This document shows, piece by piece, positions 52,187-60,997 of a stretch of 64,000 nucleotides of DNA (the stretch's first letter is position 1; each line of letters begins with the position of its first letter). Location of the stretch: the NCBI GenBank assembly GCA_963977015.1, contig CAXBMO010000023.1:34205-98204 (forward strand). Reading direction: 5' to 3'. The position numbers and the translations under genes were made by a program. This DNA is from an uncultured bacterium (lineage in GTDB: Bacteria > Verrucomicrobiota > Verrucomicrobiia > Verrucomicrobiales > DEV007). The notes beneath the pieces were generated by a model. It searched no databases and was not told where the DNA came from. It saw only the letters and a list, made by a program, of their open reading frames with translations.

Positions 52187-53128
52187 TCAGTCCCCCAAAA
52201 GCGCGCCGAGATGGGAGTTGGTTGCCGAAATCAACCCGGCGACCCTGTAGCCGCCCTCCAAGACCGAAACAACGCGACCGTCGGCCGAAGCGGTCGCCGC
52301 TTCCAATACCAGTTTCGTCAACTCCGCAAAATCATCGTCCTCCAGGCGAAACTTTCCCAGAGGGTCGCCAATTCGTGAGTCAAACCCGGCTGAGATCAAA
52401 ATCAATTCCGGTTCAAATTTTCGCATCGCCGGCAGAAAGCCCTTCGTGAATGCCAACGAGAGATCTTTCATGCCGGTTCCGGCAGGGAAGGGGGCATTCA
52501 GGATCGTCCCTTGTCCCAGCCCGTCACCATCTTCCTGCCTTGTCCCGGTCCCCGGATACCAAGGGTATTGATGGGTGCTGAAGTAAAAGACAGAAGGGTC
52601 CGTCCAGAAGATATCCTGGGTTCCATTTCCGTGATGGACATCCCAATCCACGATCGCAACCCGTTCAATACCGTATTTCTTCTGGGCATAGCGAGCGCCA
52701 ATCGCAATGTGGTTGAAGACGCAAAAACCCATCCCGCGATCGTGTGTGGCATGGTGTCCCGGCGGACGCATCGCACAAAATGCGTTGTCGACTTCGCATT
52801 GAAAAACCGCATCGATCGCGTTCATGACGCCACCGGCGGCATTTTGAGCAACTTCAAACGACTTCCTGCTTACGATGGTATCGCCCGTGCTCAACTGCCT
52901 GGCGCCGGCTTCGATTTCTTTTCGGGCGAGCGCGACGTAACCCGGATCGTGGGCCAGCGCCAATTCCTCGAGGCTGGCTTTGCGAAGCGAAAGCGGAGTC
53001 GTTCGATCATGAAACCCAGCTTCGTGAAGGGCACTGCGGACGGACTTCAGGCGCAGGGCGGATTCTGGGTGTCCAGGGCCGGTATCGTGTTCCTGAAAGA
53101 TGGGGTCTGTGAGAAGTCCCGTGGGCAT
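52187..53128 (-). CDS. Histone-deacetylase-family (AcuC/AphA-like) amidohydrolase
   Basis: GHPES, RPPGHHA, GFCVFN, DWDVHHGNGTQ, SAGFD, VLEGGY. Confidence 0.93.
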   Translation of the reverse strand: MPTGLLTDPIFQEHDTGPGHPESALRLKSVRSALHEAGFHDRTTPLSLRKASLEELALAHDPGYVALARKEIEAGARQLSTGDTIVSRKSFEVAQNAAGGVMNAIDAVFQCEVDNAFCAMRPPGHHATHDRGMGFCVFNHIAIGARYAQKKYGIERVAIVDWDVHHGNGTQDIFWTDPSVFYFSTHQYPWYPGTGTRQEDGDGLGQGTILNAPFPAGTGMKDLSLAFTKGFLPAMRKFEPELILISAGFDSRIGDPLGKFRLEDDDFAELTKLVLEAATASADGRVVSVLEGGYRVAGLISATNSHLGALLGD

Positions 53129-53271
53129 CGGGCGGGAAACTAGCACCGAACTTGAAGGGTCCACAAACGACAAATCCGATTTCGCGGATTCGGCTTTGCC
53201 AGGGGGGGCATGCCCCGGATGGAAATTTTCTGGCACTTGGAAATCCCGGAGCCCGAGGTAGATTCGCCAGG

Positions 53272-54675
53272 ATGTTACGCAAAACCAAAATTATCGCGAC
53301 ACTCGGCCCCGCAACCGATTCACCCGAAATGATTGGCAAGCTGGTTAAGGCGGGCGTCAATATTTTCCGGCTCAACATGAGTCACGCCAACCACGACTGG
53401 GTGAGGAGCGTGACCGGTGCGATTCGCGCCGAGTCGGAGAAGCACAAACTCGGCGTCGCAATTTTGATGGACCTCCAAGGGCCGTCGATACGGACTGGAG
53501 ACGTCGACTCTCCGATCCAGCTCAACCCGGGAGATGTCCTCGAGATTCGGATGGAGGGAGCGGAAGCGGAAATGGCGCGATCAACGACCGTAAACTATCC
53601 AGGGCTGTTGGGGGATGTGAAAGAGGGGGAGACCATGTTGATCGACAACGGCGTGATTCATGTAAAGGTCGAGGAGCGGCGGTCAGATCGATTGATCTGT
53701 CAGGCACTGACGGAAGGCGAGATGGGCAGCCGGCGTCACGTGAACCTTCCCGGCATCCAGGTCAGTCTTCCCGCGATGACGGAAAAGGATCAGGGAGATG
53801 TCGCCCTGGCTGCCGAGCTGGGGCTGGATTTTATCGCGCTGAGTTTTGTTCGGGATGCCGAAAGTGTGAACCTGCTTCGCCGAACGATGGATGAAATGGG
53901 ATTTCACGCCAAGATCGTTGCCAAGATCGAGGATCAGGAAGCGGTGCGGAAAATTGACGGAATCATCCTGGCTGCCGATGCCGTTATGGTGGCGCGTGGC
54001 GACCTGGGAATCGAAGTTCACGCGGAGGAACTCCCCATCGTCCAGCGAAACATTCTCAGAAGATGTGCCGAACTGGGCCGAAAGGTCATTGTCGCCACTC
54101 ACATGCTGGAGTCGATGATCGAAAATCCGGTTCCGACACGCGCGGAAGTGACCGACATCGCCAACGCAGTTTTTGAGCAGGCAGACGCGATCATGCTGAG
54201 TGGAGAAACCAGCGTTGGGGCCTATCCGGTCAAGTGTATCGAGATGTTCGACCGGATCGCTAAGCGAATGGAGCGTGAACCCGGTGCCAATTACTGTGAA
54301 AACGCCGAACTCAAAAACGAGAAACAGAAATCGGTGATGTCCGCCGTTGCGCTCGCCAATTCGATTGAGGATTCGTCGATCGTTGTTTTCACCGCAAGAG
54401 GCGTGATGGCGAACTACGTTGCGCATCAACGCCCGAAAAAGGCATCCATCTTCGCCTTCACCGGAGACCCCTCGGTTTGTCAGGCCTTACACCTCAATCG
54501 CGCGGTCTTTCCTTTCCAGACCAATCTGGAGAGAGATGCGAGAGAGCTGATCGAAGATGCCGTTGGGATGCTTCGACGGGAGGGCCTGATCGCCGAAGGC
54601 AGTTCGGTGGTGATCCTCAGTGACGTTTTGGTCGGAGAATTCGTGATCGATTCGATTCTTCTTCAGAAAGCCTGA
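53272..54675 (+). CDS. pyk: Pyruvate kinase
   Basis: RKTKIIATLGPA, RLNMSH, DLQGP, AKIE, MVARGDLG, ATHMLESM, MLSGET. Confidence 0.97.
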   Translation: MLRKTKIIATLGPATDSPEMIGKLVKAGVNIFRLNMSHANHDWVRSVTGAIRAESEKHKLGVAILMDLQGPSIRTGDVDSPIQLNPGDVLEIRMEGAEAEMARSTTVNYPGLLGDVKEGETMLIDNGVIHVKVEERRSDRLICQALTEGEMGSRRHVNLPGIQVSLPAMTEKDQGDVALAAELGLDFIALSFVRDAESVNLLRRTMDEMGFHAKIVAKIEDQEAVRKIDGIILAADAVMVARGDLGIEVHAEELPIVQRNILRRCAELGRKVIVATHMLESMIENPVPTRAEVTDIANAVFEQADAIMLSGETSVGAYPVKCIEMFDRIAKRMEREPGANYCENAELKNEKQKSVMSAVALANSIEDSSIVVFTARGVMANYVAHQRPKKASIFAFTGDPSVCQALHLNRAVFPFQTNLERDARELIEDAVGMLRREGLIAEGSSVVILSDVLVGEFVIDSILLQKA

Positions 54676-54680
54676 TTGAC

Positions 54681-55970
54681 CTAGGTCGCCTGGTTGCGCC
54701 GTGCTTCCTGCTTCAGGCGCAATCCGTTCAATCGGATAAATCCGGTCGCATCGTCCTGATTGTAGGCCTCTTCGCCTTCGTTTTTCTCCATGGAGGCGGT
54801 GTCATCATCGTAGAGGCTGAATTGCGAGCGTCGTCCGGCGGTCATCACGTTACCTTTGTAAAGCTTCAGGCGGACTTCGCCGGAAACCGTTTTCTGAGTT
54901 TCCGTAACCATCGCCTGCAAGGCTTCCCGTTCAGGTGCAAACCAGAATCCGTTGTAAACCAACTGCGCATACTTGGGAATCAGCGAGTCACGGAGCAGTG
55001 CGACCTCACGATCCATCGTCAGGCTTTCGATCTGACGATGCGCCGCCAAAAGAACGGTTCCTCCGGGCGTTTCATAAACTCCGCGGGATTTCATCCCGAC
55101 AAAGCGGTTCTCAACCATGTCGATCCGGCCAATCCCGTGTTTGCCGGCAAGAAAGTTGAGCACTTTCATCACGGTGTAGGGATTCAACAGTGTGTAATCG
55201 CCGGAACTGCCTCTCCCGCTCAAACCCAGCTTTCCAAGAATGTCGTCAAGAGCGGCGGTTTTCAGCCCGACACAGTCGCCCTTCTCGAAGAGCAACTCGA
55301 CATATTCAGGGGTATCTGGCGCATCCTCCGGCGAGACGCTCAGCACATACATGTCGCGGCTTTCCGCCGTGGTCGCATCAAACCAGGGATCTTCCAAAAC
55401 GCCGCTTTCAAAGCTGATATGAAGCAGATTGCGATCCATACTGTAGGGCTTGGAGGCAGACGCCTGGACGTCGATTCCGTGTTCGCGGGCGTAGTCGATC
55501 ATCTCGGTCCGGCCCGGAAAGGTCTCCCGGAATTTGGCGTCTCTCCAAGGCGCAATGACCTCGACATCAGGCGCCAGAGCCGCTGAGGTCAGCTCAAACC
55601 GAACCTGATCGTTCCCTTTGCCGGTCGCTCCGTGCGCGATCGCGTCTGCTCCTTCCTGTTTGGCGATGTCCAGCATTCCCTTCGTGATGCACGGTCGGGC
55701 AATACTCGTACCCAGCAGATACTGGCCCTCATACAGAGCGTTGGCCTGGAACATCGGGAAGATGTAGTTTTCCGCGAAATCCTCGCGCAGATCCCCCAGA
55801 AAGTAGCGACTGGCACCGGTCGCGAGCGCCTTTTCTTCCAGTCCATCCAGTTCCTCTTCCTGACCGACATCCGCACAATAGGCGATCACTTCGGCGTCGT
55901 AAGTCTTGCCGAGCCACTTCAGGAGAACGGACGTGTCGAGGCCGCCCGAATATGCGAGAACAATTTTCAT
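54681..55970 (-). CDS. argG: Argininosuccinate synthase
   Basis: [32 protein letters not shown]. Confidence 0.97.
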   Translation of the reverse strand: MKIVLAYSGGLDTSVLLKWLGKTYDAEVIAYCADVGQEEELDGLEEKALATGASRYFLGDLREDFAENYIFPMFQANALYEGQYLLGTSIARPCITKGMLDIAKQEGADAIAHGATGKGNDQVRFELTSAALAPDVEVIAPWRDAKFRETFPGRTEMIDYAREHGIDVQASASKPYSMDRNLLHISFESGVLEDPWFDATTAESRDMYVLSVSPEDAPDTPEYVELLFEKGDCVGLKTAALDDILGKLGLSGRGSSGDYTLLNPYTVMKVLNFLAGKHGIGRIDMVENRFVGMKSRGVYETPGGTVLLAAHRQIESLTMDREVALLRDSLIPKYAQLVYNGFWFAPEREALQAMVTETQKTVSGEVRLKLYKGNVMTAGRRSQFSLYDDDTASMEKNEGEEAYNQDDATGFIRLNGLRLKQEARRNQAT

Positions 55971-56022
55971 GTGGCCGCGATCGTAAGCCGACCCGATCGG
56001 GAATGCAAATGCCGGTGAAAAG

Positions 56023-56050
56023 TTGCAATCATGCGGGATTCCGGTATGTT
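56023..56050 (+). promoter_or_regulatory. Candidate sigma-70 promoter for ssrA
   Basis: TTGCAA-16-TATGTT. An alternative TTGTCA-19-TATGAT lies at 56049-56079. Confidence 0.35.
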
Positions 56051-56091
56051 GTCAGTCGGATTTAGAAACCATCTATGATCCATTTTTAAAT

Positions 56092-56443
56092 GGGGGCGTT
56101 CTGGTTTCGACTTATGGTTTAATACGCAGATAGCATGTCGAGGATGATTCGTTGGCCTCGTAAAAAATCGGATCAAAACAACTTAAATGCAGACCAAAAT
56201 CTAGCATTGGCAGCCTAAAGTCGCTGCCCGTCGTCCTCCCAATGCCTGTTAGGGAGTGCCGGCGCCGATAACAGGCTAGTCAGGAATTCGGGTGCCCGGG
56301 AATTCTGGCGAAAACAAACAGGACAATCGGAAGCGAATCGCCCGTCGGCTGACAGTCCGCTTCTTAAATTCAAGGCCGAATAAGCATGTAGAGGTTTGTG
56401 TAGACGGTCATGAGGACAGGGGTTCGACTCCCCTCGCCTCCAC
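56092..56443 (+). ncRNA. ssrA: tmRNA; tag peptide ADQNLALAA encoded at 56189-56218
   Basis: 5' end GGGGGCGTTCTGGTTTCGAC. 3' T-arm AGGGGTTCGACTCCCCT followed by CGCCTCCA, which pairs with GGGGGCG and includes the G-U alanine determinant. Resume context TTAAAT|GCA and tag ending LAA-TAA. Confidence 0.95.
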
Positions 56444-56638
56444 TTTTCTCATTATCAGGCAGTTGGGTTGATTCTTAGGGCTCGGTAAGACTCACACTAG
56501 GGTTGTCTGCCGATATCGTCTTCGGGTCGAAGGGGGGGGATTTGCTGATTTTCGCGCTTGCGCGGTCTCTTTGGTAGGCTGTTTCCTGGGCGTCCCTCTC
56601 AAAACACGGGCAGCGTTGTCTTGGGGTAGCGCAAAAGG

Positions 56639-56890
56639 TGGGCGGCAGGTTACCGAGCGATTGGTGAGGACGCTCTTCGTTGTAAATGATCATCCATTCG
56701 TGAACGAGATCACGAACCTGGGTAAGTGATTCGAAGAGGTGGGCATCAAGGACTTCGCGACGGAAAGTGCGATTGAATCGCTCGATGTAGGCGTTTTGTG
56801 TTGGCTTGCTGACTGAATGTGGTGGAGGCGAACCTGGTTACTCTCACACCAAGCCGGCAGTTTGGAGGAGATGAGTTCCGGGCCATTATT
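56639..56890 (-). pseudogene. IS3-family transposase (integrase core) remnant, truncated and frameshifted
   Basis: NGPELISSKLPAWCESNQVRLHHIQ, a 1-nt shift near 56811, then KPTQNAYIERFNRTFRREVLDAHLF...WMIIYNEERPHQSLGNLPP. Confidence 0.88.
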
Positions 56891-56900
56891 GGGAAAAGTT

Positions 56901-58529
56901 CTATTTTTTGAGACCCATGGTTAAAGCGAGAGTGTCGAGGTGATGTTCTGTAAATTGGGCCCCACGAATATCAATGTTCTGAATAGAATCTAGAAATGGC
57001 GGAAGGGTGAGAGGGCGTGGCGCTTCTGGAAGTAACACAGCTATGAGTTGAAGGCCTCGTTCCACCTTCTGGATGATCAGTGATTCAATCTCTTCCTCAT
57101 GCCATTTACCCAAACCACTGCCACCGTAGAAGATGATGGCACCACGGCATCTTGCGATAGTTTTCTGGAGTTCCCTCACCCAGCGAACACACGGTTTTAA
57201 GTTCCGTTCGTCCATCCACGCATCCAAACCTTTGTCGATTAGGCGTTGGTAAAATATCCTGACAATCGGCTTGTCATTGCTGTTGTGGCTAAGAAAAATC
57301 TTGGAAGATACCGACGATGACTCTTTGTCGGTTGAGGGGTGATATTGGGAATCCGTTGGGGAGTGGCGGGAACGAGTCACCATCAAATCTTCGACAAACG
57401 CGTTCCAACTTTCGGTGCCTTCTTCTCCCATTGAGCTGTGGACCAATTGAAAAATTCCGTCGGTCTTAAAAAAGGACACTCTACCCTGGCGGGCGTTGGC
57501 CGTTCTTTCGGCGAAGTGTCGCAATTCCTCCAGAGCATCATCCCGATCTGCCCCTCTAGTTGCAAACGCAATTCCAGCCCAGGAATTGGCAATCCATTCG
57601 AGGCGCTTATGTCCGTCTATCTCCTGTTTCGCCCGCTTGCCTGTGCATTGCTCGAGAATCGTTTCAAATCGTTCTCGCAAAACCGAGCGGTCGATTGACT
57701 TCTCATCCAGATTATAGAGAAAGCATTTCTGAGCGGCATCACAAATGTCGATGTTAATTTCAAGGAAGAGAGAATCGAGCCCCTGGTCCCGCCGCATTGT
57801 AATGGCGAATTCAGTTTCAGCCATCGCCTCCTTGAAACCATCAATATCACGGTCGACTTGGGCGGATTGAGCCATGGCGAGAGATCGAGTCGCGAGGTAG
57901 CGGTAAGGCGGGAAAATCATATTGACCGAGGGATCCCCAAAGTCGACAAAGCCGGTGAACTTTTCGGGAGGCGCTTCACTTCTTATGCCGGGAAGAAGGA
58001 TTTCGATGTCCGATGACAACGCAACCGGAGCTTTCAGATTGTTCGATAGTCGGCGATAGTGTCTCAGGCTTCTGAGGTTATAATCGTTTCGTTGAATTGG
58101 ATCCCTGGTTCTTGAAGATTCCATTTCATAGTATTTCCCAAGAATATAGGAAGCTGCGGCAGCCCACGAAATGGATGATTTTCTCGAGATCCTGTCCAGT
58201 TGTCCCCAGATGGCTTCATCATTTCGCTGGAGCCCACCTTTCAGATACATGAATGCTTTAAGCAGTAGGCAGGCGTAGCTGGGATCCGAATCAAGTGGCA
58301 GTTTCCTGCTAACGGTGTCGAGCTTTCCAGGGTCGAGGTAATCGTGCTCGCGCTCGCCTCCGCGGGGTTCGGGAACAAAAACCGTTCCGTCGAAACCTGC
58401 CTTCTTCAGTTGTTTGATCATTTCCGGCCGCCATGAGTCAACCGCATCGGTTCTCGGAGTTGGCCCAGCCAGGAAAATCGACTGACGAAGCGATTCGGGC
58501 GTGTCCTCTGGCGCGTAGACGAGTTCCAT
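56901..58529 (-). CDS. Chimeric protein: partial nucleoside 2-deoxyribosyltransferase-like N-terminus, helical region, C-terminal TIR domain
   Basis: Residues 1-66 contain SIFLAGPTPR...SWR...GTVFVPEPR...DYLD. The C-terminus is KIFLSHNSNDK...AWMDERNL...GLGKWHEEEI...LIAVLLP...LPPFL (TIR_2-like). Confidence 0.75.
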   Translation of the reverse strand: MELVYAPEDTPESLRQSIFLAGPTPRTDAVDSWRPEMIKQLKKAGFDGTVFVPEPRGGEREHDYLDPGKLDTVSRKLPLDSDPSYACLLLKAFMYLKGGLQRNDEAIWGQLDRISRKSSISWAAAASYILGKYYEMESSRTRDPIQRNDYNLRSLRHYRRLSNNLKAPVALSSDIEILLPGIRSEAPPEKFTGFVDFGDPSVNMIFPPYRYLATRSLAMAQSAQVDRDIDGFKEAMAETEFAITMRRDQGLDSLFLEINIDICDAAQKCFLYNLDEKSIDRSVLRERFETILEQCTGKRAKQEIDGHKRLEWIANSWAGIAFATRGADRDDALEELRHFAERTANARQGRVSFFKTDGIFQLVHSSMGEEGTESWNAFVEDLMVTRSRHSPTDSQYHPSTDKESSSVSSKIFLSHNSNDKPIVRIFYQRLIDKGLDAWMDERNLKPCVRWVRELQKTIARCRGAIIFYGGSGLGKWHEEEIESLIIQKVERGLQLIAVLLPEAPRPLTLPPFLDSIQNIDIRGAQFTEHHLDTLALTMGLKK

Positions 58530-58657
58530 CCCACGAATTAGATCATGGCAACGCTTTGCTCACAAACTAATCATGCCGTTCCTTGCCTCCCCCTGACTCA
58601 ATTCTTGTCTCGACGTCGCCAATTTGTTACCTAACATACCTTGGAATTTGTGAACTG

Positions 58658-59977
58658 ATGGCGGATGAAACGGGCAGTCGAAACGCATACGAGGTTTTTC
58701 TGAGCTTTAGCCGGAAAGACTACGAATCCGTCGTCCGTTTCAAGCAGCTGCTTGCCGAGGTTGGCATTCCTGTCTGGTTCGATGAAGAACGCATCGAAGG
58801 TGGCGAGGAATGGCGCGAAACCATTCCCAATGCCATCGAAAGGTCGAAAGTTGTGATCCTGGCGGCAACCCAGAACAGTGTCGAATCGGCCGTCGTTCAG
58901 CGCGAGATCCTTTACGCCCGGCGCAATAACACCGCCGTCGTCTTCGTTTACCTGGATGCCCCCAAATCCGTCACCCTCCCCAAAAAAGTCGACTTCGAGT
59001 TCGGTAATGACCATTACCTGACTCAGGACCCGCAGGCAGACGCCGTTGCTTTCGCCATCCTTCGGGCGCTGGCCAAAAACCACGGCGTCAGCTCCACGGT
59101 CTACGAAGACCACATCGCCCGGCTCAATGCCCGCAATGCCGAAACGCTGCAACAGATCGACTTGCTGCCCGATCTGCTCGACCGCACCGGACAGACGCGG
59201 GCCTACCAGATATTCGTATCCAAGGGCAAAGCCAAGCTGACGGGTAGCCGCCCCTGGTTGTTTCTCATCCATGGGCCCAAACCGCAGCTCCTTCCCGATT
59301 TCCGCCGGGCTTTGGTTCGCTATCACCTCAAAACCGTTCTCGAAGAAGAAAACTTCGACTGTTGCGCCCCGAAACGGGAGAAACCGATCGAAATCACCCG
59401 TGGCGAGGTTCGCAGCCGCGATCGCGAAGCTCTAACATTTGCCTTGGCCGAGCGGTTCAAGCTCCCGCGCTCGGCGAGTGAAACTCAAATTGCGCAGTTC
59501 TTTTCGAATCATGCGCAGAGCTGCCACGTAGCCGTCTTCCACGTGAATCTGGCAGAAGAGGACTACGGCGCCTTCAAGAAGTTCATCCGGTTTTACCACA
59601 AGTATTGGGAGGATTTTCCTCCGGTTGGCAATGCCGCCGTGCTTGTCAAGTTGGCGGTCAGTTATTCGCAACCCCGCCGGGGCAGATCCTCGCGAATCGG
59701 ACGTCATTGCGAGGCGCTTAAGAAAAGCAAGCTCTTTGCCAACGGCGGCAGCTGCGCATTGGAGGGGCTGACGGACGTCCCGGACGACCAGGCGTTTCTC
59801 TGGAGCGGTCAGGCACCGGTGCGCCAGTTGCTCGATAAACTGCGCCTCAGCGAGGCAGATGCCGATGCCGCGATTCGTAAAATTTACCGGGAACACGGCA
59901 AAGAAGAACTCCCCATGAGTCACCTCGCCCCGGCGCTGCGTGAGTGGCTTATCGAACAACTCTACAAACAATCCTGA
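58658..59977 (+). CDS. TIR domain fused to an inactive-STAND (iSTAND)-like domain
   Basis: VFLSFSRKD...VWFDEERIEGGEEWRETI...SVESAVVQREI (TIR), then LPDLLDRTGQ...PWLFLIHG...F (recalled iSTAND pattern, no intact Walker A). Lies directly upstream of MoxR. Confidence 0.75.
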   Translation: MADETGSRNAYEVFLSFSRKDYESVVRFKQLLAEVGIPVWFDEERIEGGEEWRETIPNAIERSKVVILAATQNSVESAVVQREILYARRNNTAVVFVYLDAPKSVTLPKKVDFEFGNDHYLTQDPQADAVAFAILRALAKNHGVSSTVYEDHIARLNARNAETLQQIDLLPDLLDRTGQTRAYQIFVSKGKAKLTGSRPWLFLIHGPKPQLLPDFRRALVRYHLKTVLEEENFDCCAPKREKPIEITRGEVRSRDREALTFALAERFKLPRSASETQIAQFFSNHAQSCHVAVFHVNLAEEDYGAFKKFIRFYHKYWEDFPPVGNAAVLVKLAVSYSQPRRGRSSRIGRHCEALKKSKLFANGGSCALEGLTDVPDDQAFLWSGQAPVRQLLDKLRLSEADADAAIRKIYREHGKEELPMSHLAPALREWLIEQLYKQS

Positions 59978-59995
59978 TTCCCCAAACTTTTCCCC

Positions 59996-60979
59996 ATGAA
60001 ATACGCCGAAACCGGAACTCCCAAACCCGCCGTCTATCCCGACGGAACCCAGGAAAGCTACGATCCCGATTCCCGGCTCATCGCCGCGGTCAATGTCGCC
60101 ATCCTTCTCCGTAAGCCGCTTCTCCTCACCGGCGAGCCCGGCACCGGCAAAACCTCCCTCGCCAGAAGCGTTGCCGCCGATCTCGGAAAACGCCTCGTCG
60201 AGTTCTACACCAAATCGGTCCACGAATCCCGCGACCTACTCTACCACTACGACGCCATCGCCCATTTCCGCGATGCTCAGATCAAGGGGCTGGACGTTTC
60301 CGCCAAAGCGTTGCCTCACCTCCGCGCCCAGGGGCTTGGCGAAGCGATTCTTCGGGCCAATCCGCTCACCGATACCACCAAGGCACTCCTCAAAGGGAAG
60401 GAACTCGGCACCGCTCCCGACGCCTCCGTTGTCCTCATCGACGAAATCGACAAAGCCCCGCGCGATTTCCCGAACGACCTGCTTCGCGAAATGGAACAGT
60501 TCGAGTTCGACATCCCGGAACTGGGCGACGAGGCCAGGTTCACTATTTCCGCCGAATCCCTCAAACCGGTCGTCATTGTCACCAGTAATTCGGAGAAAAA
60601 CCTCCCCGAAGCCTTCCTTCGCCGCTGTGTCTATCACGATATCCAATTTCCCAGTGGCGAAGCCGCCAAAACCCGGATGCAGAACATTGTCATGAAACGG
60701 GTCAAAGGTCTTGAGGACGGTGCGCCGTGGTTACCCCTCGCGGTCGATCTCTTCCTTCACGTACGGTCCAGTTTTGGCAATCGGCTTGCCAAGCCACCGG
60801 CTACCGGGGAGTTGCTCGACTTGGCACGGGTTCTCCAGGGCACGCCAGGGGTGAACGGTAACCTCAAATCCCAGGCGTCCATACCGATGCTCAGTGATGT
60901 TTCGGGAGCGGTCTTTAAAACGAGTGGTGATCTCGCTCTGACCGACGAAATCCTAAAATCCTGGGTTAGCGGCTCCTGA
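59996..60979 (+). CDS. MoxR-family AAA+ ATPase (ternary conflict-system type)
   Basis: AVNVAILLRKPLLLTGEPGTGKT, DLLYHYDAIAHFRDAQ, VLIDEIDKAPRDFPNDLL, TSNSEKNLPEAFLRRC. Confidence 0.92.
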   Translation: MKYAETGTPKPAVYPDGTQESYDPDSRLIAAVNVAILLRKPLLLTGEPGTGKTSLARSVAADLGKRLVEFYTKSVHESRDLLYHYDAIAHFRDAQIKGLDVSAKALPHLRAQGLGEAILRANPLTDTTKALLKGKELGTAPDASVVLIDEIDKAPRDFPNDLLREMEQFEFDIPELGDEARFTISAESLKPVVIVTSNSEKNLPEAFLRRCVYHDIQFPSGEAAKTRMQNIVMKRVKGLEDGAPWLPLAVDLFLHVRSSFGNRLAKPPATGELLDLARVLQGTPGVNGNLKSQASIPMLSDVSGAVFKTSGDLALTDEILKSWVSGS

Positions 60980-60997
60980 TCCCAGCATCCTGAGATT

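Noticed and set aside
48507-56443. Proximity of prc (degrades tagged proteins) to ssrA
   Set aside because: Six unrelated genes separate them and there is no evidence of linkage.
56475-56693. 72-aa ORF in the track as an independent gene
   Set aside because: It is the tail of the IS3 integrase remnant running into non-coding sequence.
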